Below the pieces are notes generated by a model that did no database searches, had not been told where the DNA came from, and was given only the letters and a program-made list of their open reading frames with translations. Below are positions 42,865 through 52,729 of a stretch of DNA of 64,000 bases, one piece after another. Numbering within the stretch: the first letter of the stretch is position 1; every line of letters begins with the position of its first letter. Source of the DNA: Diplonema japonicum (lineage: Eukaryota; Protista; Euglenozoa: Diplonemea). The stretch lies in the NCBI GenBank assembly GCA_964019335.1, contig OZ025669.1:434001-498000 (forward strand), in the 5' to 3' direction. The position numbers were made by a program, and so were the translations under genes.

Positions 42865-45810
42865 TCATTTTCTGACAACGAAGTTTTTAATCGCAGGTTG
42901 GCTAAGAGTTGGAACGAACCAGTTCTCAAAAAAGCGCTGTATGCGCCGGAAGAGGGGTTGATACGGGGCAGGGTTCTTGAAGGCTGCGATAGCGCAGATG
43001 CAATCAAGAAATTCATTGAATTCCAGCAGCATGTCGGTGTTCTCGACCTGCATCTTGAGGAAGATCTGGCGGACGGCTTCATGGGTGAGAATGGAATCCG
43101 TGAGGTGCAGATCGTTGATAAGATCGACAAAGGTATCCATCCTCATCGAGTTTGTGTTTTTGGCGTTGTTCTGCCCGCACGAACCTTGCTTGCAATAATA
43201 TCCAAACACCTGAGCAGCGAAGCCACGGTGAACCCGAAGCACATCTTGAATATCTTTCTGATACAGCCTTTCTTGGAACTCTTCAGCATCGGTGTACTGG
43301 CACTGTCCGACAACGTGCTTTGAGATCAATGTTTCGAGCTTTGCATCTACGGAGCCTTCTGCTTTCATTTCGTTCGCAAGCTGGATGAGCATCACCGCGT
43401 ACTCCTCTTCATTCAAAGTGCTCTTCATGGTTGTTGCCTCGCTGCTGTTCGCCTTCTTGAACATCTCCACCAGCTTGTCCCTTGTGATGTTCTTGAGCTT
43501 CGCGTCCTGAACTAACTTGAACATCTCATCCGTTGAGATCTCTGCGTCCTTGGCGCGGGTGTCGCTCGAAGCGTAGTATTTGAATATTTTTGTTAGATTT
43601 CTGTAGTTCTTTGACAGTGCGCCTTGGATGTTGTCAAGCTGCTCTTCGCGTGTGTCATTGTTTCGTGACAGCAAGCTCACGACGTTCATCGCCGCAACTG
43701 GAGCAGAGCTGAACTTTTTCATCTGGACCTTCATGGTGTCGCTTAAAACCTGTGTCCTGCCTTGCAGCTTGTCGATCACAACCTCCGATGCCGTCGTCTG
43801 CGAAATGGCCCCGAGACCCCTCCATCGCGTTGACCTGTCGTAAGCTGCATCGATTCGCTCCTTCCATTCCTGCGGTGTGTTCGGTTTCACAGTCCAAAGA
43901 GGATGCGGTCCTGTCATGTTCCCGCTGAGTTTAGGTTGCGAGCATGATGCTGCTAGCATCGGGTCTGCTACACGTTGAAACAAGGAGCTCACGATGAGAA
44001 CGTGTTGTGGAATGCACCTCGGGTTGATGAGATCATCCACTGTAAACGGGAAAACCATTCCAAGCTTCTTCGCCTGGTTCAGGATGATGACAGCTTTTTG
44101 GTAATGATCGATCTCGCCGAGCGCCGCTTGCTTGTCCGCCTCGGTGATTTCATTCGGTGACAGATAGTGGAGAATACAGGCGTATCCGTCTAACAGTTTC
44201 AAAACAGACGTGAAATCTTCGACGATGTACTTCTCGCTTCCCCCACCTTTTAGGACAGCCATGTTGAACCATTTTGTGAGCCCGTTCACGTCGAGGGTCT
44301 CGTTGTTGATGAAATCCTTCATTTCCTCTTGAAGTACTACCTCCCAAGCGGGGCCTTCCAAGCACTGTCTTGTTGTGTTTTCGAGGAGTTGTTTGTACTC
44401 CTCAACCATCAAGGTGAGCTTCGCGTTTTCTTCCCTTTGTTGCGACATTGCAGTTACGGCTTTCTCGTGTCCGATCACAGCCTCGTTCTTCTGCTGAGCG
44501 AGCTTCTTGTTTTTCTCGGTGAGCTCGCTTGTTTTGGACTCTAATTCCCTGATGGAGTCTTTGAGTTCGTCGACTGTCTTAAGATGTTCCAGTTCAATAG
44601 CGGTTCGTTCGCGTTCCGCGTTTTCAAGTTCGAGTCTAGCGGTGTTCCCTCCCAGAACGGCCTGGTCTACCATACGCTGCATCTCTCTGGCACGTTTCTC
44701 CCCGTCAAGGTACGCCTTCCACGCCTTCATAATCCGTTTTTGAAACTCCATCTGCCAGAAACTGATCCCTCTGTCTAAAACTGCAGCTTGCTTTTCTCGT
44801 TTCATCTCCGCCGCTTCGATCTCTTCCTCCGCTTGTCCAATTTTGCCTGCGATCTCCTTCACCAGCACGTAGTACGGCCGCATGGTGTACCGATCCGCAG
44901 CTTTGGTGAGGCTAGCTGGGGTAATGTTTTGTATCGGCGGCGGGAGGTCCGGGGGGACGCTCTGTGAACAAACAAAGATCGCCCCGAACAGTTCTCGCCG
45001 CACGGCGGACAGAACAGGACGGGACTCGGGTTGGTACCGTTCGAGTAAACCGAGAAGCTGGTCGGTGATCGCACAGGTAATCGACGTCATGGTGGGGTTG
45101 GGGTGCTTTCTCCCCTTGCTAACCTCACGGTCGTAACATGTTTGCAGGACCTCTAGACACACCGCCACCATGTCCTTCCCATCACTATCGTTGTAGTACT
45201 GGTCCACCCAGTTCGACAGCATGGTCCACTTGTCGCCCAGCTGATCGTCAACAAGACGTGTGAACAACTTTTCCAACGACAGCTCCAGCTGCTCAAAACC
45301 TTTTTGTTTTTTTACATCAGCAATTCCAACCTCTGTTAAGAACGCCGGTGATAAAGATGGTTGGTGCACTGTTTTTATCGACGTTATGCAGTCGGAGAGC
45401 CGGCGTACGACCCCAGGGATGGCGACCTGGTCGGGGGTAAAGATCGAGTTATGTTTGTTTGTATTCAGCTTGTGCGATGCCATGCCGAGGAATCTCAAAG
45501 AAGACGATGCAGGGCTTTTCCCAGGAGGGGCAGGGCTCTTCAGAGGGTGTTTGATGCTGTTTTGTAAGCCGCTGTCCCCGCCACTTGACAACAGCACACG
45601 CAGCGACCCGTCACGCGGGGACACCATGTTTTCCATCCCCAAGCAAGGGTTTGGATAGTCTGCGTACGGGCCGGTTCTTTCTCTATCCGGGGCCTTATCC
45701 GACTTGGGGTACCTTTTCAACACAGCGCCCTTTATCCCTCCTTTGCTTCGCCCCCATACTTCTGGCAGCACTTTGCCGTCCCCCAGCATACCAGGCTCTA
45801 TGCTGTCCAT
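42865..45810 (-). CDS. Coiled-coil protein with calponin-homology-like and EF-hand-like regions
   Basis: About 980-aa ORF. LTKWFN...VEDFTSVLKLLDGYACILHYLSP is CH-like. Start uncertain (ATG 45810 or 45840). Confidence 0.75.
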   Translation of the reverse strand: MDSIEPGMLGDGKVLPEVWGRSKGGIKGAVLKRYPKSDKAPDRERTGPYADYPNPCLGMENMVSPRDGSLRVLLSSGGDSGLQNSIKHPLKSPAPPGKSPASSSLRFLGMASHKLNTNKHNSIFTPDQVAIPGVVRRLSDCITSIKTVHQPSLSPAFLTEVGIADVKKQKGFEQLELSLEKLFTRLVDDQLGDKWTMLSNWVDQYYNDSDGKDMVAVCLEVLQTCYDREVSKGRKHPNPTMTSITCAITDQLLGLLERYQPESRPVLSAVRRELFGAIFVCSQSVPPDLPPPIQNITPASLTKAADRYTMRPYYVLVKEIAGKIGQAEEEIEAAEMKREKQAAVLDRGISFWQMEFQKRIMKAWKAYLDGEKRAREMQRMVDQAVLGGNTARLELENAERERTAIELEHLKTVDELKDSIRELESKTSELTEKNKKLAQQKNEAVIGHEKAVTAMSQQREENAKLTLMVEEYKQLLENTTRQCLEGPAWEVVLQEEMKDFINNETLDVNGLTKWFNMAVLKGGGSEKYIVEDFTSVLKLLDGYACILHYLSPNEITEADKQAALGEIDHYQKAVIILNQAKKLGMVFPFTVDDLINPRCIPQHVLIVSSLFQRVADPMLAASCSQPKLSGNMTGPHPLWTVKPNTPQEWKERIDAAYDRSTRWRGLGAISQTTASEVVIDKLQGRTQVLSDTMKVQMKKFSSAPVAAMNVVSLLSRNNDTREEQLDNIQGALSKNYRNLTKIFKYYASSDTRAKDAEISTDEMFKLVQDAKLKNITRDKLVEMFKKANSSEATTMKSTLNEEEYAVMLIQLANEMKAEGSVDAKLETLISKHVVGQCQYTDAEEFQERLYQKDIQDVLRVHRGFAAQVFGYYCKQGSCGQNNAKNTNSMRMDTFVDLINDLHLTDSILTHEAVRQIFLKMQVENTDMLLEFNEFLDCICAIAAFKNPAPYQPLFRRIQRFFENWFVPTLSQPAIKNFVVRK

Positions 45811-45947
45811 TTGCCCTCTCCCTCCCTCCACACCTAACATAAAAATAAAAAATACAGAACTCAAGTTAAGAAGAAAACGCAAGAAAGCCAAAACGAGAGC
45901 TGCTCACTGTTCATGCAAAAAACCCCCCCCAAAAAAATATAAAATAC

Positions 45948-48203
45948 TCACAGAAGTGAGTTCCGCCTTCTATACCACGAGGGATCGCCCTCCCATTTCT
46001 TGTACTCGCTCATCAAGGCAAGGAAACGTGCAGACTCCCTTTCAAACGACACAATGCAGTTTTCAAAGCCTATTATAGCTGCCCGGAAGTTGCCGGCCAG
46101 CATGTCCTGAAAAGCGGTGTTGAATATAGTGTGAGGGAGGTTCTCCGTTTTTTGCAGCGTGTACATCCACTCTTCATCTTGTTGTGGCTTATCACCAACA
46201 AGGCGTGAGACCCAGATAGCACTTGTATCCCCTTCCAGAAGATCTAGGGTAAGGAAATAGAAGTTACTGCAAGACCGCGCAACAAGGCCATTACAGATTA
46301 GATTACCTTGCTCATGTGAAACAGCGTACTGAGGCACAACTCGTGTCCGTACGCTGTTATCAGGACACACAACACTGAACCTGGATGTGGTCGTCCCAAC
46401 ATTCCCCACCGCTGCAGTGGCGATCTCGTAGGAGCTCCCCACAATCAAGGATGAAGCATTCAGTTGTGAAAGTGCGCGCATAACTTTAAGTCCCTTCTCC
46501 CCGTAGGAGAACAGCCGCGTGGTGGCATTGAAAGACACCACAATGGAGTCAAAGGTCAGGTTCACGTTGGGTTCCATTCCCTGAGACGCTTCCAGGATAG
46601 CCTCCAACACCGTGTTGTAAGCTCTGGACAGAACGTCTTCTTGACTGATCTGCTCCATGACGAGGGTTCCCACTGAGCACTGTCTTGTCGTCAGCTCCAA
46701 AGCAAAGAGCTGCATGACGTCAGAGTGCCACGCAGTGCTCTTTCTCATTTCCTGAGGAACAGAATCAGACTCTTCGAGTACCAAGTGTCTAGGGATGAAG
46801 CTCTTGTACTCCACAAGCATCGCCACCATTGTTAGGAACGACTTCCTCATTTTTTCCACCTCTATCACTATCGACGCAGGGCCTTCTTGAGTTGTCTTAA
46901 CTGCATCTACATCCATCAGTTCCACTCTACGCATATCGCGGACAAGCTCCATGATCGGTTTGCTTATCCTCACCGAGATAAACCCTGCGGCCGTTATGGC
47001 AGCCATGGTTACACCCACAGCAAGGACGATCACAACCACAATAATATTTCGAGCATGGTCTCGCTCCTTGTCCGTATGTTCCTCCACCTCCCGCAGAAGT
47101 GCATCGTAAGGGGTGATCACCACCCTGGACCACAAGGGCCCGTTTGACAAGGGCTCGATGTCGATGAAGTATCTGATGTGGTCTTGCAGGGGGAACCTCC
47201 CTGTCCCAGAAGTACTGAACACATGTTCCCTGCTTCCAGTATTTTTATCTATGGCAGTTGCTACTCTTATTCCAGGGCCGATGATGGGGTGCTCCGACTC
47301 AGTAGCAACAACACGGTGCCAGACGCTACCCATGTTAATTGATGCAAACCCGTGGGTGCACTCCAGGAGGAGCCCTGTAGGTGCCTCAAGGATGCACAGG
47401 ATCGTCTCGTTCAGGATTGGTGCGTAGCCTGTGTTGTTGTACTGCCCCACCATTAGAGGCTCTCCACCGCCGATGATGGACTGCAGGAGGGGTCTTAAGA
47501 TATCAAGGAATACTTCAGTGAAGATGAAGATGTTGTTATCGATGGTCCCTGGAAGGATGGGCCCCCCGAAGCCCATTTCTAGCATCCCTGTTGGGTCATT
47601 GCCGTTCACTTCCCCCCAGATGTAGGCAATTGCTTTGTCCTCCCTGATGTAGTCCTCACCAAAAGCTTTGTTCTTTCTAGGTTTGCTGAAGAACATGTCT
47701 GTGTCCAAAGGAACGGGGTACCTGTCCCAGAACCATGCCGCGGTGTCGTTGATAAAGCGTATCATGACTCTCTTGCCGTCATCGTCCAGGTAGCCCTTCA
47801 CCGTCATCGTGGTGGTGCCGTTCACAACATTTACAATCCACCCTTCATGAGGGAAGACATAGGCACCTGCTTCAAGGTGCACCAGCATGCTGCGCATAAC
47901 AAACAAACACTCCGCCCAGCTCAAGGGAGCATTTCCTAACATGAGAGAGGTGGTCCTTCCTAGCTCAACTACCTCTCTTACGGGCCTGAAGACTCTTGTC
48001 TCGATGGACAGTGCGAGGAACCTACCCTGCTCACTCACAATATCGCGCGCCAACCCGTACGCGAGGTCTTCAGCCACAGACGCTGCGTTGTCTACAGTAT
48101 TGTACATGTTCACCCCAAGCATCGTCACAGCCACTGTCACCGCCACCACAACGCTCAGCACTGTCGTCGCGATGCTCAAATCTCGCAGACGCCATTTCAT
48201 CAA
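45948..48203 (-). CDS. Receptor-type protein: TM, extracellular domain, TM, HAMP, degenerate class-III cyclase-like domain
   Basis: Two TM helices, ISKPIMELVRDM...EVEKMRKSFLTM (HAMP), YKSFIPRHL, then AVGNVGT and QDEEWMY. Confidence 0.72.
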   Translation of the reverse strand: MMKWRLRDLSIATTVLSVVVAVTVAVTMLGVNMYNTVDNAASVAEDLAYGLARDIVSEQGRFLALSIETRVFRPVREVVELGRTTSLMLGNAPLSWAECLFVMRSMLVHLEAGAYVFPHEGWIVNVVNGTTTMTVKGYLDDDGKRVMIRFINDTAAWFWDRYPVPLDTDMFFSKPRKNKAFGEDYIREDKAIAYIWGEVNGNDPTGMLEMGFGGPILPGTIDNNIFIFTEVFLDILRPLLQSIIGGGEPLMVGQYNNTGYAPILNETILCILEAPTGLLLECTHGFASINMGSVWHRVVATESEHPIIGPGIRVATAIDKNTGSREHVFSTSGTGRFPLQDHIRYFIDIEPLSNGPLWSRVVITPYDALLREVEEHTDKERDHARNIIVVVIVLAVGVTMAAITAAGFISVRISKPIMELVRDMRRVELMDVDAVKTTQEGPASIVIEVEKMRKSFLTMVAMLVEYKSFIPRHLVLEESDSVPQEMRKSTAWHSDVMQLFALELTTRQCSVGTLVMEQISQEDVLSRAYNTVLEAILEASQGMEPNVNLTFDSIVVSFNATTRLFSYGEKGLKVMRALSQLNASSLIVGSSYEIATAAVGNVGTTTSRFSVVCPDNSVRTRVVPQYAVSHEQGNLICNGLVARSCSNFYFLTLDLLEGDTSAIWVSRLVGDKPQQDEEWMYTLQKTENLPHTIFNTAFQDMLAGNFRAAIIGFENCIVSFERESARFLALMSEYKKWEGDPSWYRRRNSLL

Positions 48204-48457
48204 TTATCTACACCAGCATCCTATGTATAAATGGATGATATTCCTAAAGTCTAAAAGGTTCGGGGGGGGGGGGGGTGAAACTACTTGGATCGACACCTTG
48301 AGAGTTCCAGTGTTTTCCCTGCAGGCTACAGCTAGGGTTTAGAAATCACGATGCCGTCTGGGAAGCAAGCCGAATATTATCATCTTAACTTCCTTCTTCC
48401 TCACCTATCTGCCATATCTACGCATCACGCCAGGAAGAACGGGAGCAAACGATATCA

Positions 48458-50332
48458 TTAGCGTGGTTTCGTTCTTCTCAGCGGGCCCTTCACACCAAGC
48501 GTCGCAAGCTCGGAGTAGGCAACGTCAACGGCTTGTGTTAGCTTTTCGCATTTACTCCGAATGACCTCTAGTTGCACCTTTCTTAGATTTCTCCGAAGTG
48601 CTGTTCTTGCTTCTTGCTTGTTCTTCTCCAGTCTGTGTTTGTAGAAGTTTTGTATTGTAAGCGCGGCATCGGTTGCACCAGGGAGCAGAAGCACAAAGTC
48701 CAGTAGCCAAGTCACGGCGGTCGTGACAAATATGTCGTCGTACTCGCTAGCGATCTTGTGTCTTTCCAACCGTTCAGATCCCAGCATGTTCTTAAAAGGC
48801 AACGGAGGCTGGGACATCACAACCCCCTTTGCATCCTCCAACACTTTGAGCACTGCATTGTACCGCTTGTCGATCTTCCCCCGCTGAGAGGACTCAGCCT
48901 CGTCCAGAAACTTCTCCTCCTCCACTGCCCATTCCTCAGCTATCATCTCATTCAGTTTACACCTTTGCAACCGTACGGCATCCCTCACTTCTCTCGCAAA
49001 CCTCTCGGCAGTATTTCTGTTCAACTCCCTTGAGAGGACTCGTCTGCCTTGTGCGCCATGCCGCACTGCATGGTACCATTCCCCTATACGAGACGCTGCC
49101 TTGCTGATTATTCCGAACCTGGTAACCTCTAAGAAATCGAACTGACATGTTTGGTACATCGTTGAAGAAAGACCTTCGCGACACCGTGACTCCGCCTCTT
49201 CCACGGCAAGGAAACCACGCTCAAACCGCTCGGAAGAAGACAGAAGCATCCTGTTGGACATTTCTTCAGACGCCAAGCAACGCGGCACCCGCACGGAGCA
49301 GGGCGGCTTCGGGCATAACGCGGCGAGGTCCGATTGGGGGTCGCACACAAAGAGCTGGTTCTCCTTGCTACGGGAGACATCAATGGCTTGTTTACGGCGA
49401 AAAACCTCGTTCTTGGAATGTATGGTTTTGATGAATCGCGTCAACGGAGCGAGCTTCACAAGCGTCCAGCTGAAATCCTCGTAGTCGGCCAACGAAACAG
49501 CTTCCAATTCACACGAATAATACAAACGTGCACGGGCATGGAGCTCAGCCGCGCAGACACATAGCACACCGTGCTCCGCCTTACGATTCTGTTCCGTTTC
49601 AAAACGAGCGTCACGTAGGAGCAGGCTCAACCCAAGACCCCCCGGGATGGGTAGTTCAGGGATATCTGTGTAAACAGAAATGAACCTGGTCTTAGGGGGC
49701 ACGAAGCGTGACCGGATGTGAGATTCAAGTGTTGCAATGTCTCCACGCATTTCGTCCTCGTGTGTGAGGATGTGGTAGCGACGTGTCTCGAACTGTGCGG
49801 CTTGTGCTCTGAAGAATCGCTGTACGGCCCGGTGGTTGGACTTGACACGTGAAATGATTCTTCCTTGGGTGCCCCTCCACCATCGTTGGAGCTCCGTTGC
49901 AGACACGTGGTCGAAAAGGCTGTCAATGAAAACTTGGCGGTGTTCTGTTTCCTGAGACATGACTAAGTAGCGGTGAGCGGTTTCGGCGTCATGAGTGGAT
50001 CTTAAGAGCTTTGTTTGAAATGACACCCCGTGTATTTTAGGTATTTCCGCGATCGATGCTGTTATGATTTCTTTGCGGAGTTGGGTCTCGTGGTGTGCTG
50101 TGGTTGTTAGCCCCGCCGTTGCAGCGTTCATTTTTTTCGCGAAGAATCTTTTTATTTTTTTTGTGATGGCTTTGAAGCCGAGCTGCTCCGTCTTCTCGAT
50201 CTTGCTGCTCGTTTCGTAGTGCTCTCCCAACACCTCTGTTGCCAGAATACGGAGTTTGTGCTTTCTTTGTACATCCTCCTCAGCTTCCTTCAACTGTTTA
50301 CCCAAGCTGTAAGGATTGACAGACCTAATCAT
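48458..50332 (-). CDS. IQ-motif coiled-coil protein
   Basis: ATELQRWWRG, ASRIGEWY and ALTIQNFYK are IQ-like. ATG 50332 follows an A-run. Confidence 0.75.
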   Translation of the reverse strand: MIRSVNPYSLGKQLKEAEEDVQRKHKLRILATEVLGEHYETSSKIEKTEQLGFKAITKKIKRFFAKKMNAATAGLTTTAHHETQLRKEIITASIAEIPKIHGVSFQTKLLRSTHDAETAHRYLVMSQETEHRQVFIDSLFDHVSATELQRWWRGTQGRIISRVKSNHRAVQRFFRAQAAQFETRRYHILTHEDEMRGDIATLESHIRSRFVPPKTRFISVYTDIPELPIPGGLGLSLLLRDARFETEQNRKAEHGVLCVCAAELHARARLYYSCELEAVSLADYEDFSWTLVKLAPLTRFIKTIHSKNEVFRRKQAIDVSRSKENQLFVCDPQSDLAALCPKPPCSVRVPRCLASEEMSNRMLLSSSERFERGFLAVEEAESRCREGLSSTMYQTCQFDFLEVTRFGIISKAASRIGEWYHAVRHGAQGRRVLSRELNRNTAERFAREVRDAVRLQRCKLNEMIAEEWAVEEEKFLDEAESSQRGKIDKRYNAVLKVLEDAKGVVMSQPPLPFKNMLGSERLERHKIASEYDDIFVTTAVTWLLDFVLLLPGATDAALTIQNFYKHRLEKNKQEARTALRRNLRKVQLEVIRSKCEKLTQAVDVAYSELATLGVKGPLRRTKPR

Positions 50333-51162
50333 TTTTTTTTTGTGTAAACTTTTTTTTGAGTTCATACATAATGGAGGGAAACACAATCGAATTTGAGACC
50401 AATAGGATACAACGAAGGGGGGGGGGGGGGGGGGTTTGGTTTATCTCTTTTTCCTGTTTTTTTTTTGTATAGTAATCACTTTTCTTTCTTTCTTTTTCTT
50501 TCTTTTTTTTTTTCTTCTATGCTTCCAGTTCCATGCCAGGTTTGGGGGTGGTTTTCTTTTTTTTTAAAAAAAAAGGAACTGGATGGAAAGCCCCCTCTCC
50601 CCTTTTATTATTAAAAAAGGAAGTGCGCATTAAAAAAAAGAAAGAAAAAAAAAAGAAAATTCACTACAGGGAAGTGTTTCAACAACCCACAAAAAAAAGG
50701 GGGGGGAGTGGTGCACTTTTAAAGGATACTAATTACTCATCGAGAAGGAGAGGGGGGTTCCTCTTTCTTTTTCTCTCCCTTGTCTCATCCTTCACGGTTC
50801 TTTCCTTTTGTTCACGTTTCGGCAAGAAATAACAACAACAACACACTTGCATAGCCACAGTCAAGCGGAGCTGCATCGGGAAGGGCTACGGGCCATGCAC
50901 CCGCCCCTCTTCCGAATCTTAATTTAATATAGTGCGCAAACAAAAAAAGGGGGGGGGGGGAACTATTACTTTAAGGTGCGTTTTTGCGCTCACCAGCCGA
51001 GCTGGACCCAGTCCCCGTATTCCCGGTCCTGGGGGCTCTGGCGGGTTCCTCCCATGCAGGGCAGCCAGATATCTGTCCCGCTCCGAGAGTATTGGCTGTG
51101 TGCCACTCGCAGCCTTGGCCACTTTTAAAGAAAGAAAAAAAACACAAAATCGGCCAGCCTAC

Positions 51163-52599
51163 CTATGTCATGTACATGTCCTCCTGTTGCTGGGGCATGG
51201 GTTTAGGAGATCGCTGTGCCGACACCCACCCAAGGTCCTCTGGCCGAGGGGCACCTACAACATCAGCAGCCTGATTTCTCGCGTTCCATCTGTGCATGTC
51301 CTCTGCTGCGGTGGGGATAGAAGAAGCATGGAATTGTAAGCGGGGCGGGCTCTCCTTGTAACCCCCAGCCTCAGCATACCCACCATGTCCCTGCGGGTAT
51401 CCTTGCTGCACAGGACTATGCACAGCGCTCATGTGCATCTGCTGACCACTGGTAACATGCGGTGTTTGGCTGTACACCACATGAGGTTTCTGACTACTCA
51501 CCACATGAGGTGCCTGTTGTACGCTCTGCACCGTTATCTCAGGGGTGTATGCCGGCTGCCCGTACCCACCTTGTCCCTGCCGGTGTACTGTGACCTGCGG
51601 TTGCGAATGTTGCACGACCTGCGGTGTATCTGCATGCTGCGAGGCGTACGTGCGCTGATGTGCCTGCACGGGGACTGCGTTGTACGTGCGCTGTGCCTGC
51701 ACGGGGACTGTGTTGTACGCAGCGTTGCTTGGCGAACCGTAAGAATTCGACGAGCCTCGCGAACTAGTGGCCTGATTGAAGCTGGCAGGCCCCGTAGTGT
51801 ACGAGTAGTCATTGGTTCGTGGGAGTGGAGACGGGGAGCTGCCCTTCGGCAGTGGATAGGTAGACATGGACTTGAAGGTATCTTGTGGGACCTCCATGGG
51901 GGACGAGTTGCTGGACATGAATGTGGTGTGCTGTGGTGGTGGGGGCGGTCGCTCGCTGGAGCCCATCCTCCCAGCCCTGGCCCCGAGGTCTTGGATGTAA
52001 GTTGCTTCATCGTGTTCCCAGTTTTCGCTGTACTGGTCGTCTTGCTTGTGACGTGCCTTGTCCATGCGCTTCTTTGGTGCAACGTACTTCGGGTGCTTGT
52101 TGAGGTTTGCGAAGGGTGAGAGGTCACCACGTCTTTTGTCCACCGGAAAGAATTCCCCACGGAGGGACTTGATCTTCTCCAGCTTCGTTAAGAACGTTAA
52201 GGGTTTCTCTTTGGCGTCGTTGCGGCTGTCATTCGTGAAGTTGATGAGAACATCATGTTCTGGGGCCGAACACTTTAGGAGCAATTGTTCACCTGCTGTG
52301 GTGTGCGACGCTATTGCAGATTCCACTTGAGACATTTTGATAAACCTACGCACTTCTCCCACGATGTGGCACAGGAACAGTGTTGTGGGGGTTAAACATA
52401 TCACGCGTTTCTCTTTTTGTTTTTTATGACCTATTTTATCCACGAAGCGAACACAAACCATCTGTCGGGTGACCCAATTTTTGATGCTTTGGTGCGGAAC
52501 CGTTGCGGGGAGCAGCGCCTTCACCATCTCCTGCTCCTTCTCGAGCTTGTCCATCATCATGGCAGCCCTGTTCCCACCACCGTTGTTATTATTATACAT
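51163..52599 (-). CDS. Hypothetical protein with N-terminal PH/TH1-like domain and Q/P/S-rich tail
   Basis: 478-aa ORF. VDKIGHKKQKEKRVICLTPTTLFLC resembles myosin-TH1/PH strands. Short internal repeat YNxVPVQA occurs twice. Confidence 0.75.
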   Translation of the reverse strand: MYNNNNGGGNRAAMMMDKLEKEQEMVKALLPATVPHQSIKNWVTRQMVCVRFVDKIGHKKQKEKRVICLTPTTLFLCHIVGEVRRFIKMSQVESAIASHTTAGEQLLLKCSAPEHDVLINFTNDSRNDAKEKPLTFLTKLEKIKSLRGEFFPVDKRRGDLSPFANLNKHPKYVAPKKRMDKARHKQDDQYSENWEHDEATYIQDLGARAGRMGSSERPPPPPQHTTFMSSNSSPMEVPQDTFKSMSTYPLPKGSSPSPLPRTNDYSYTTGPASFNQATSSRGSSNSYGSPSNAAYNTVPVQAQRTYNAVPVQAHQRTYASQHADTPQVVQHSQPQVTVHRQGQGGYGQPAYTPEITVQSVQQAPHVVSSQKPHVVYSQTPHVTSGQQMHMSAVHSPVQQGYPQGHGGYAEAGGYKESPPRLQFHASSIPTAAEDMHRWNARNQAADVVGAPRPEDLGWVSAQRSPKPMPQQQEDMYMT

Positions 52600-52729
52600 T
52601 TTTTTTTTGTATTGAAAGAAAAAAAAATATCACCCCCTCTCTCACCCCCCAACCTGACAACGAATGATGCGAAGGGAATCAAAAAAAAGAAAGAAAAAAA
52701 ATGGGGCTTTGGTTGCAACACTATTTGGC

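Noticed and set aside
50919-51162. Extra exon after the 51163 gene via TAG|GTAGG...AAAG
   Set aside because: The donor lies after the stop codon, and the downstream 67-aa ORF overlaps a dispersed repeat motif. No frame joins it convincingly.
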